A stretch of 64,000 bases of DNA from the human T2T-CHM13v2.0 reference genome, Homo sapiens. Location: the NCBI RefSeq assembly GCF_009914755.1, contig NC_060925.1; one strand, given 5' to 3'. Position numbers and translations under genes: made by a program. Below, one piece after another: positions 28,222-40,303 of this stretch. Each line of letters starts with the position of its first letter. The stretch's first letter is position 1. The notes beneath the pieces were generated by a model. The model made no database searches. It was not told where the DNA came from and was given only the letters and a program-made list of their open reading frames with translations.

Positions 28222-31200
28222 TATTTGTTTTTATGTTTATAGTTTTGGAGAGTACAAATGCAGTTCAGTTACATGGATATATTGTATAGTGATGAAGTCT
28301 GGTCTTACAGTATATCTACCACCTGAATAGTGTACATTTTATCTGATAGGTAATTTTTCATTCCTCACCCCACTACCAACCTTTCACCTTTTGGAGTCTC
28401 CAATGTCTATTATTCCACTCTGTATGTCCATGTGTACCCCTGTTGCTCAGTTCTCATTTATGAGCTGTGAACATGCAGTATTTGACTTTCTGTTTCCTCA
28501 TGATTTCATCTAGGATAATGGCTCCCATTTCCACCCATGTTGTTGCAAAAGACATTATTTCATTTCTTTTTATGGCTGAATACTGTTCTGTAGTGTTTTC
28601 TTTATATAATCATTCGCGATGAACATTTTGCTTTATTTCATGACTTAACTAATGTAAATAGTGCTGTGATAAATATACGAGTGCAAGTGTCCTTTTTATA
28701 TAATCTTTTATTGTTCTTTTTACTTTTGGTAGATACCCACTAGTGGGGTTGCTGGATTGAATCACACAGTCCTATTTTTAATGTTTTGAGAAATATCCAT
28801 ACTATTTTTCATAGAGGCCATTCTAATTTACATGCATTCCCACCATCAGTGTATAAGCATTGCCTTGTATCTGCATTTTTGCTAAAGTCTATTTTTTTGA
28901 CGTTTTAATAACAGTCATTATGACTAGTGTAAGATGGTACCTAATTGTGGTTTAAATTTGCATTTCTCTAACAGTTACTGATGTTGAGCATTTTTTTATG
29001 TTTCTCTGTCCTCTTTTGTAAAATGTCTGTTCATGGCCTTTGCTCACTTTTTAATGGGGTTATTTTTTTCTTATTTACTTGGTTGACTTCCTTGTGGATA
29101 TTAGCCCTTTGTTGGATGCACAGTTTTTAAATGTGTTCTCCTATTCTGCAGGTTATCTATTTACTCTGTTGATTATATCTTTTGCTGTTATGAAGCTTTT
29201 TAGTTTAATTAAGTCCCGTATCTCTATCTTTCTTTTTGCTGTGTTTGCTTTTGAGGAATTAGTTATAAATTGTTTGCCAGGCCAATGTTTAGAATACTTT
29301 TCCTAGGTGTTCTTCTAGAATATTTATAGTTTCAGGTTTTATATTTAAGGCTTTGATCTATTTTGCTTTATTTTGGTCTAGTTTCTTTCTTCTGCATATA
29401 ACTATGCAATTTTCCCAGTATCATTTATGGGATAGGGTATCCTTTATCCAGTGTATGTTTTCCTAGTGTGTGTATTTTCAACTTTGTTGAAGATAAGTTG
29501 GTGGTAGGTATTCTTTATTTATTCTGTTCTGTTGACCTAAGTGTCTATTTTTATACCAGTACCATGCTGTTTTGTTTACTAGAACCTTGTAGTATAATTG
29601 GAAGTCAGGTAATGTGATGCTTCCAGCTTTGTTATTTTTGCTTAGGATATCTTTGGCTATTCAAACTCTATTTTGTTTCCATATGAATTTTAAAATTGTT
29701 TTATAATTCTGTGAGCAATTATATTGGTAATTTAATAGGAATTGCATTGAACCTATAGATTGCTTTGTGCAGATTATGATTCTTCTGATTCATGATTCTG
29801 GGATGTTTTTCCATTTATTCATGTTATCTACAATTTCTTTCATCAGTTTTGTAGTTTTCTTGTAGAGATTTTTCACCTTCTTGGTTTAATTTATTCCTAG
29901 TTATTATTTTTTGCAGATATTGAGTTTTTATTTGGTTCTCAGCTTGAATATTACTGGTTTATAGAAATGTTACTGATTTTTGTACATTGATTTTGTAACC
30001 TGAAACTTTACAAATACAGGAGTCTTTTGGAGGAGTCTTTAGGGGTTTCTAGGTATAAAATCATATTGTCAATTAAGAGAGATAGTTTAACTTTTTCTTT
30101 TCCAATTTGGATGCATTTATTTCTCTTCCCTGATCACTATGGCTAGGACTTCCAGTACTATGGCAAATAGAAATGGTAAGAATGGGCATTTTGTCTTGTT
30201 CTAATTCTTAAGAGAAATGCTTTCAACTTTTCCTCATTCAATTTGATGTTGGATGTAGAATTGTCATATATGACTTTTATTATTTTGAGGAATGTTCTTT
30301 TGTTAACTAATTTGTCGAGAGACTTTATCATAAAGGGATGCTGGACTTTATCAAATGCATTTCTTACATCTGTTGATCATATGATTCATATGATTTTTGT
30401 TTCTAATTCTATTTATGGGGTGAAACACATTGATTGATTTGCATATGTTGAACCATCTTTGCATCCTTGGAATAAAGCCGACTTAATCAGGTTATATTAT
30501 CTTTTGATATGTTGTTGGATTTGCTTACCTAATATTATGTTAAGAATACTTGCATTTATGTTCATCAGGGTTATTTGCCTTTACTTTTCTTTACTTGTTG
30601 TGTCTTTGTCTGGCTTTGGTATCAGGGTGATATTGGCTTCATACAATGATCTAGGGAGGATTCCCTCCTCGAATTTTTGGAACAATTACAGTAGAAGTGA
30701 AATCAGTTTTTTGTTTGTCTGGTAGAATTCAGCTGCAGATCTGTCTAGTCCTGGGCTTTTTAAATTGGGCTATTTCGTATTACTGATTCAATTTTGTTGC
30801 TCATTATTGGTGTGTTCAGGATTTCTGTTTCTTCATGGTTCAATTTTAGGAGGTGTTACGTTTCCAGGAACTTAACCATTTCTTCTAGGTTTTCTAGTTT
30901 GCGTAGAGATGTTCATACTAGTTTATGATGATCTTTTATATTTTTGTGTTATCAGTTGTAAACTCAACTTTATCATTTTGGATTGTGTTTGAGTTTGCTC
31001 TCTTTTATCCTTGGTTAATTTGGCTATTGGCCAATAAATTTACTTTATCTTTTCAAAAAACAAACTTGTCATTTCTTGAACCTTTGGTTTTTGTTTGTTT
31101 GTTTGTTTTTGGACTCAATATCATTAGTTCTACTCTGACCTGACCTTTGTCTAATCTATCTCTTGTCTTCTGCTAACTTTGTTTTTTTGTTGGTGTTGTT

Positions 31201-34200
31201 CTTTGAGGTGTGACATTAAGTTGTTAATTTGAGATCTTTCTATATTTTTTATGTAGGCACTTAATGCTATAAACTTTCATCTTAGCACTGCTTTTGCTGT
31301 ATCCAAGAGGTTTTTCCTATGTTGTGTCTCTATTTTCATCCATTTCAAAAAATTAATTCCTGCTACAATTTCATCATTTACCCAAAGATCACCGAGAAGC
31401 AGGTTGTTAAATTTCCATGTATTCATATAGTTTTCAGAGTTCCTCTTGGCACTCATTTCTAGTTTTATTTCAATGTTGTCTGAGAATATTTGATACATCA
31501 TTTTTTTAAATTTATTGAAACTTGCTTAATGGCCAAGAATATGGTCTCTTTTTGATAATGTTTCCTGCACAGAAGAATGTACATTTTGTGGTCATTGGGT
31601 AGAATGTTCTGTAAGTATCTATAAGGGCCATTAGTTCTAGAGTCCAGTTTAAGTCTAGAGATTTTTTTATTGTTGATGGTTTTTTTGCCTTGATAATCTG
31701 TGTAATGCTGTCAGTAGGTTGTTCATGTTTCGCACTATTATTGTATTGCTGTCTATGTCTTTTCCTAGGTCTAATAGTATATTTCTATGAATCTGTGTGC
31801 TTTGGTGTTGAGTGCATATATACTTTAAATTTTTACATCTTCTTGTTGAATTCATATTTTTATCATTATATAATGACCTTCTTTGATACTCTTTTACTGT
31901 TGTTGATTTAAAGTCTATTTTATCTGACATAACGATAGGTAGTCCTGCTTGCTTTTGGTTTCAATTTATGAGGAACATTTATTTCCACCCCCTTATGTTG
32001 AGTCTGTGAATGTCTTTACCCCTAAGTTGAGTTTCTTGTAAGCAACATATGGTTTAGTCTTTTGTAAAAATTATTTTTGCTAATCTTTATCTTTTAAATG
32101 GAGTATTTAGTCAATTTACTTTGAAGTTAATACAGATATGTGATGTTTTGTTTCTGTCTTAATGTTAATTATTATCTAGTTGCTTTGCAGTCTCAACTGT
32201 GTAATTGCTTTCCAGGATCTGTGAGTTTTATATTTTCATGTGCTTGTATAATGGCAAGTTATTCTACTTTTGTTTCTAGGTTTACAACGCTTTTGAGCAT
32301 GTCTTATAGAACCAGTCTAGTTATGACACATTCCCTGAGTGCTTGCTTATCTGGGATAGGCCTTATTTCTTCTTCATTTATGAAGCTTAGTTTCATTTAT
32401 GAAAAATTCATGGCTAGCATTTTTTTTTTCCTTTAAGAGCTGAAAAGAAGATCTCAATCTCTTCTCATTGGTAAAGTTTTTGCTGAGAAGTTTGCTCTTA
32501 GTCAATGGGATTTACTTTACAAGTGATTTCTTGCTGCATTTAGAAATTTTTTCTTCACATTAACTTTGGAGATGGATGACTATTTGCCTTAATGAGATTT
32601 GTCTTGCAAAGTATCTCTGAGATGTTTTCTGTGTTTCTTTTTTCTAGAAGTTAATTATCTAGCAAGACCAGGGATGTTTTCCTGAATTCTTTTCTCAAAT
32701 GAGTTTTCCAAACTCTTACGTTTTCTTCTTCTCTCCCAGAAATGCCTATAACTCAGAGGTTTAGTCTCTTTACATAATCTCATATTTCTCAGAGGCATTG
32801 TCTATTTTTAAATTTTCTTTATTTTTGTCTGAGGGGGGCTTATTCTTAAATTATTTGTTCTGCTTGTTCTAGACTGTGGTAAATCTTTCAATTGCATTTT
32901 ACAACTGCTTCAGTGAATTTTTTGTTTTCAGAAGTTCTGTTTCTTTAGAATACCTAACTTTTTAAAGTATATTCTCATTCATATCCTGAATTGTTTTTTC
33001 TATTTTTTGTGTGTGTTAGTTTTACCTTTCTCTTGGATCTCATTAAGCTTTCTTACAATCCGCGTTTGAAATTGTCATCTGTCATTTCAGAATATTCAGT
33101 TTGGTTAGAATCCATTGCTAGAGTGCTAGTGTAGTCCTTTTGGAATGTATAAACACTCTATTTTTTCGTACTGCCATAATTTCTACATGAATTCCTTCTT
33201 ATATGGAGAAGCTGTCACTTCTTGTTTTGAATTCACTTTCATTGGGTTGGACTTTCTGTTTTCTTTGAGGGTATGACTATGATGTGTGTTGTGTATAGTC
33301 ATTTAACTTTGATTCTGGCTGCTTTCAGGGAACCAAGTCTCTGTTGAGATTTTTGGTCATAGATAGCTTTTGTGCAGTGGCTTTCTCACATGTTGATTAT
33401 GGTAGCAATTTACTGGGCATATGACCAGGCTCACTGCCTTCTGCAATACTGGGATTACAGATGTCTCCAGAAGCTTATCTCATCCTGCAGCACTATGCCT
33501 ATCTTTCTGCATGTTTTTACTTAATCAGTTTAATCTCTAGTCCAGTGGGTGCATCTCTAAGTAAGAGCAACCTGGGCAGAAGCAACTGAGTATGTGCTTG
33601 ATCCTTGTTTACGGGAAGGAGCTCTATGTTATCACATGGGATTTGCTGGTCGGTAGGATGTCCATTGCCCTGAGTTCCCAGCTCAGCCCTGGAGTAGGGA
33701 GCCAAAAGTGGAGACAGCTGGACTGCCAAGCTCATCCTAAGATAACCCAGTGAAGACTGGATCCACCTTCTCTGATAAGGGTAGCAGAGAGAGCTCATGG
33801 TATAATGTGCCATTATTTCACCAGTGGGAGTGTAGACATTGCACCAGATCCACATCCTGGGAAAGCAGAAACATGATTAATTTCCTTAACATAACCCTGT
33901 GGCAAGGCTCATAACTTTCTGTTCAAATGGAAATTTTCATTTATCTGTAGGCCACAATTTAACTGAGGGCCATGGAAAATGTTTATCCTGTAGCTACAAC
34001 TGAATTGGCCTTGGGAAAGAACCTCTTCCCTCAGCCCAATACACTTAGCTTCATGGGTCACTGGTACTCTACTGTAGTAATTCTGCTGCCCTTTGTAGGA
34101 AGGGAGATGGACCACATCCTTCATGCAAGCCCAGGCTGGTAGAGACACTATCAGTGGGACTGTAGCTGTGCCCAATTACTCTGGAATTGGCATCCCAATG

Positions 34201-35057
34201 CACACCAGCACCCACTCCCCACATGAACAGCCGTGGCTGCATTTGTAGCAGTGTCAGGGGGGCAGTAGGAGAAATTCCCCTCTCCACATCGGTTTCCAGG
34301 CACCAGTGTCACCTAGCCACTGAGACAGAACCACACTCCTCCCCTATAGAGCTTCACACTCCACCCGTGTCTCTGTAGGGTGAGGGCACAGTCACCTTCT
34401 GCTCACAAGCAGGGAGCTCTTGGGTACAGAGTGTACAATCTAGTTTCTTTTTCTTAAGGGGCACTTTGGCAATTTGTGTTCTCCCTTCCCCCAGGGGTAT
34501 CTTGCCCTGCAAGTTAGACCTCCAGAAATCTCACAGTTCCCTAGGATCCTACCAGTCCTTTGCGGTTGCCACAGTCTGAATGGATTGTGGGGAATGTTTA
34601 CATGGGATCTAGTGGTGTGTGGATACAAGGGATGAGACTCTCTGGAAAGGATAGAGGCCCACAGCAGCTGTACAACTGGCATTGTGCCTCCACTCTGGTC
34701 TGGGGAGAGGATGAGGAAGACTGCACAGCTGGTTCTGCTCCCAAGTTCCCAAATCCCTTCCCACAGGGATTGCAAGGGAACTCTCCAACAGCTGAGAAGT
34801 CAGCACTGTGACACAAGGGTGAGGGGAGCAAAAACACCCCTACCTACCTTTTCCATGAGACTCCAAATTCCTTGGGAGTTGATCTCTGCCAAACTCTTGC
34901 TTCCTTCTTCTACTGCATCCAGCTTCCTCTTGTGGGTTCTTCAATAGATTCCTCACTCATCCCTCAGTATCTCACTTGGACCATGGTTACTTACCTGTAA
35001 TTTTGGTTCTTCTTTCTGAGGAGAACTGGTGTGCATTGCCTCTCGTCAGCCATGTTA
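28222..35057 (-). mobile_element. Near full-length degenerate L1PB4-like LINE-1 (3'UTR, ORF2, ORF1, long 5'UTR)
   Basis: 3' end GTACAAATGCAGTTCAGTTACATGGATATATTG; endonuclease remnants (ORF 31667-31930 SDKIDFK; ORF 31277-31501 NTWKFNNLLL); GC-richer 5'UTR ~33300-35057 ending GTCAGCCATGTT. Confidence 0.88.
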
Positions 35058-35904
35058 ATGGAAAACAAACAAACAAACAACAACAAAGAAACAGAATTGT
35101 TTCTTAAATGTATAAAAAACTCAACAGAAACAAAATTATAACTTGGCTGTCATGTTTTCCTTTCTAACAGTTAAATGTTTCTTTTTTAAGCTTTATGCTG
35201 TGAAAAGTAGTGGATGAGGAAAGAGTATAACCAGGAAATTAAATAATGGAACTGGTTTGAATGGTACTTGAGTAACACTCCAGATGAAAAATGTATTTCT
35301 TCATCTTTTTGCTCGTATTCTTGCTTTAGTTCTGTTTTTTCTCCATTATATAGCTTTCATCTGAAATTGTTAAAGTCAAAATAATAGGACCACTGATATA
35401 TCCAAGACTTTTTAACACATATAGCCACTTTATACTAAGAAATTCTCAGATATTCTGGAATCAGTAGAAAGCCTGAAATAACTAATACAACAAAATTTCA
35501 TTGCCTGATGTATGCCTCAAGGACAGAATGGATATTATTCAGCAAGTCCAAGCAGACACGAATGGATGCTCTCATAAACAAAATGCTGGAGGCTAGCTAC
35601 ATCATCTCCAACTTTATTTTCCAAGTTTTTCCTTTGCTGTTCTAGACAAGGCACATTAAAAGATGTATCACCTTTCTGGAACGTCAGAGAGGGTAGTGAT
35701 TACAACGAGGGAACAGGTTAATCAGCAGAATTTATATGTTTGTATCTATATTCTCATTTTTTCCCTCTCCTTTTCTTTCTCCTCTCTCCCTCTTTTATAT
35801 TTTAAGTCTGCTCATCAGTAAATTTATTGTGACCTGGCTTTCTAGTCTTCTCCTATTTCATTCAAAAGCAAAAACTATACAGTTGGGGAATCAGGAAAGC
35901 CAAA

Positions 35905-35914
35905 TACACACATA

Positions 35915-35952
<38 letters not shown>
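35905..35952. repeat. (CA)n microsatellite
   Basis: Read directly from the sequence. Confidence 0.95.
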
Positions 35953-35953
<1 letters not shown>

Positions 35954-36049
35954 TTTTATTTAAAGATGAGAAACATTCTTGTCTACTACAATGAAAGATA
36001 TTTTTATTTATTGTCATAAACAACAGTTTTGCTATAATATTTAAATGCA

Positions 36050-37940
36050 GAAACCATTTATTGCGTATATTTTATATCTTAAACACTGTATGTAATATAT
36101 AGATAGATAAGAGAGTTTATCCTTATCTTCATGGAATCTGCAATTTAATAGGGATAACAAGACACTTATTCTCCCTGTTCCCCCCAAAATTAAAGGAAAT
36201 ATGATAAATATTTGCTCTTGGAAAAAAATAAACATAACACTAAAAATTTTAAAGGAGACAACATTGTGGGGACTCAGAAAATAAAAATAAGAAAAACAAG
36301 ACATGAAGAAGGAATTTGAGTAAAACTCTGAGGAGCTAAATTGAGATTATATTAAGAGATAATAAAAGGACAAAAGTAGGAAATAAACAAGTATATATGG
36401 AAGGCAGCTAGTAGTCTGGTTTCACTGACGAGTAAGGGAGGAGTGGTATGGTGATTAGGGATGAGTAAGTGCTGGGTATGAAAGGCCTTGAGCTTTAGGC
36501 AGGAGGCTGGTATCAAATTTATTCATGGTCATTGGAAGCAGGATGCAGTACATATTTTTCGGGGCCCAGTACAACATAAAAATGAAGAGATCCTTGTTTA
36601 AAAGTTATTAGGAATTCCAAATGGCTACAGCAGAACATTAATCCGTGTGTAGGTCCCTTCTATGCATGAAGCCCTATGGGATGCATAGGTCACATGTCCA
36701 TGAGCCAGCCCTGCTGGTCAGTCATTGCTTTTGAATGTTAGAGAAAATGATAGAAAGTTGTGCTTAAGAAAAATAGGTCTAGCAGAATTGTTCAATATAA
36801 ACTGGAAAGAAGGGGAATAGGAAAAGGAAAACAATTAGTAGATACTAGAATCATAGAGAAAAGTTGTAGCCTGACTATTTCAAATAAAAGGTAATAAAAT
36901 GATTATCATATATAATGAAAGGAAAAAATCATCCATAATAGTTGGCAAATTACAACTAGCTAAAAAGACAAAGAAGAGCACTGAATCAAAGATGCGTCCA
37001 CATTTCATGTTTTAAAAGAATAGGAGAGAAAGTAAAAATATCAAGACAGCAAAATCACAAAGAAGAGCTGATTTGTGGGAATATTGGGAGAATGCTAATC
37101 TTAATTGTGAGATGCTGAAGTACAACTAGATAGAAAAATATATGGTGCAGATGAGGATATAGGCTCAGCTATCAGAAAAATTTTATGAGAGAAAGAGATA
37201 AAGACTTTCAAGTTACATAACACAAAAGAAGAAGTGGCTTTCTTCTTTAAGATAAATTGTTCAAATAATTAATTCTTACAATCATGGGAAAAAATTATTC
37301 TCAGATTATTTCATATCCTGATTTTTTCATCTTAGACTTGCCTGGGTTGTCTTCTATACGAAGGTCAGAATTGAAGGTGTGAAGATGAATGAGATAAATA
37401 GTGAAGAGATATCTGAGTGAAAAAATAAACTCTAACCTTGAACATACTAATACTCAAGAGTAGGAGAGAGAAAATGACATGATGAAGAATATTTTAAAAG
37501 AAAAAATAGAAAAGTAAAGGGTCACTGAAGTAATTGGTGGAAAAACTTCCAAAATGCATATGTATGGAGAAAAAACATGCCCAATGCTATATGAAGGTCA
37601 AGAGAATATAGTCTCATAAGAAGCTCATAAATTTGGTAAGTAGGTTGCTGGCACTGATGTGTAAGCTAGAAGTTCCAGGGACAGTGTGGAAACAGCAAAC
37701 AGATTGAGAAAGATAATCGTGGGAGTGTGAGACGTGTCAAGCCTACATTGTGCAGTGCGGAGGTGACTCCTAGTGGGGGTTGGACACATTGAACAATAGG
37801 GAATGACAAGGAAGTGAGAGATTCCGTGAACAATGATAAAAATGTAGTCCGGCCTTGAAAGGGAAACAAGTAAGTGTAGATTCAGATAAAATGGGAGAAA
37901 ATAAGTGAGTTCAACAATTGAAGATATGAAGATCTTGATA
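36050..37940 (-). mobile_element. Very degenerate L2 fragments surrounding MER45A
   Basis: Purine-rich L2-like motifs (GAAAGGCCTTGAGCTTTAGGCAGGAG; CCAATGCTATATGAAGGTCAAG). Confidence 0.5.
36539..36713 (-). mobile_element. MER45A (hAT-Tip100) MITE
   Basis: CAGGA...GGGGCCCAGTACAACATAAAAATG...CAGCAGAACATTAA...CCATGAGCCAGCCCTG. Confidence 0.85.
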
Positions 37941-38187
37941 TTAAAGACTGTTTTATGAGTAAGATAAGAAGGAGGAAAGAAGAGAGAATATTGAAGATAA
38001 TATGATAAAAGTCAGAATTTCCAGTTTTTGTGACTGTAGGGAAAAAACATAATGCATTTCAAATTTTATATTTTTAATTAATAAATAATATTTTATGTAT
38101 GTATGGGGTATATGTGAGTATTTCTGACATGTGTATGTAATGGTCATGTCAGGGCATTTGAGGTATCTGTCACCTTGAGCATTTATC

Positions 38188-38491
38188 TTTTTTTTTTTTT
38201 CTTTTTGAGACAGGGTCTTACTCTGTTACCCAGACTAGAGTACAGTGGCATGATCATAGCTCATTGCAGCCTTGAACTCCTGGCCTCAAATGATCCCCCT
38301 GCCTCAGCCTCCCAAGTAATTTGTTACTTGGGAGTCACATGTTACCACTACTGGCTAATTTTTTATTTATATTTTCTTGTGGAGACAGGATCTCACTATG
38401 TTACCCCAGCTGGTCTGAACTCCTGGCCTCAAGTGATTCTCCTGCCTCAGCATCTCAAAGTGCTCAGAGGCATGAGTCACTGCACCTAGCC
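38188..38491 (-). mobile_element. AluJ
   Basis: GAGACAGGGTCT...GATCATAGCTCATTGCAGCCTTGAACTCC; TSD CATTTATC(T/A)TT. Confidence 0.92.
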
Positions 38492-40260
38492 TCATTTATC
38501 ATTATTATGTGTTGGGAACATTTCAAATTAGCTAATAATTTAAATATAAAGCACACTATTGTCTACTATAGTCACCCTACTCTGCTATGGAACTTTAGAA
38601 ATAATTCCTTCTATATAATTGTATATTTGTACCCATTAACCAGTTTCTCATCATCATCACCTCCTATATACACACACCTCCTATCCTGTAGTACCAATGA
38701 TTCCACTCTCTACCTACACGAGATCAACTTTTTTGGCTCCTACTTATGAGTAAGAGCGTGCCATATTTCTATTTTTTTTTAATCTGGCTTATTTCACATA
38801 AAACAATGATCTCTGCTTCCATCCATGTTGCTGCAGATAACATGGTTTAATTCTTTTTTATGGATGAATAGTATTTCATTGTGTATATATACTACATTTT
38901 ATTTTTCCATTTGCCATTGATGGATACTTAGCTTTATTCCATCCCTTTGGCATTGTGGCTTTGCAATAAAAATAGAAGTGCAGGTAATCCTCTGATACAC
39001 CGATTTCTTTTCCCTTGAATAAATATGAACTAGTGGGATTGTGGATCATTTGGTAGTTCTATTTTTTTACATTTTGAGAAATATCCATACCGTTCTCCAT
39101 ACTGTCTATACTAACTTATGTTTTTGCCAACATTGTGTAACAGCTCCCTTTTCCACATTCTCTCCAGCATCTCCTGTGTTTTTATGTTTTCTTTTGTTTT
39201 GTTTTGTTTTGTTTTTCGGCTTTTTGTATTTTTAATAATAGCCATCCTGAGAGGGGTACGATGACATTTCATTTTGGTTTTGATTTGCATTTCCCTGAGG
39301 ATTAGCGATGTTGAGCATTTTTACATATACCTGTTGCCATTTGTATATCTTCTTTAGAGAAATATTTATTCATGTCCTTTGCTCACTTTTAAATGAAAAC
39401 AAAAAAAATTTGTTTTATTTTGTTTTTATTATTGAATTGTTTGTGTTCTTTTTTTTCTAAATATTACTTCCTTGTCAGATGAATAGTTTGCAAATATTTT
39501 CATCCATTCAACAGATAGTCACTCCATTTTGCTGATGGTTTGCTTTTGTTGTGCAGAAGCTTTTTCATTTAATATGGCCCCATTTGTCTATTTTTACTCT
39601 CGTTATCTGTGTATTTGAAGTCTTAGCCATAAAATCTTTGCCTAAACCACTGCCCTGAAGTGTTTTCCTCAGTTGTTTTTTTTCTGTTAGTCTTATAGTT
39701 CCATGACTTATTTTTAAGTTTTTAATCCACCTTGAGTTGATTTTTGTATGCCATGGGAGATAGGGGTCAAGTTTTATTCTTCTGCATATGAGTATCCAGT
39801 GTGCCCAGCCTGACATATTAAAGAGGGTATCGTTTACCCAAAGTATGTTCTTGGCACCTTTGTCAAACATCATTTGTCTACCATTACATGGATTTATTTC
39901 TGGATTCTCTATTTTCTTCCATTGGTCTATGTGTCTGTTTTTATGCCAATACCATACTGTTTTGGTTACTATAGCCTTGTAATATATTTTGAAGTTGGTT
40001 AGTTAGATGCCTTTAGATTTCTTCTTTTGTCTTGCTTTGGCTATGTGAAATCTTTTTTGGTTTTATATAAATCTTATGATCTCTTTTTTTTTAATTCTAT
40101 GAAAACTGCTATTGATATTTTGATAGGTATTGTATTGCATCTGGAGGTTGCTTTGGGCAGTATGGTCATTTCAATGATATTAATTCTACCGATCCATGAG
40201 CATGGGATGTTTTTTCATTTGTTTGTGCCCTCTTGGATTTCTTTCATCAGTGTTTTCTGA

Positions 40261-40262
<2 letters not shown>

Positions 40263-40300
<38 letters not shown>
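40263..40300. repeat. Perfect (TG)n microsatellite, about 19 units
   Basis: Read directly from the sequence. Confidence 0.97.

Positions 40301-40303
<3 letters not shown>

Noticed and set aside
33517-34947. Many overlapping ORFs on both strands
   Set aside because: They lie in the GC-richer L1PB 5'UTR, and no protein family is recognisable.
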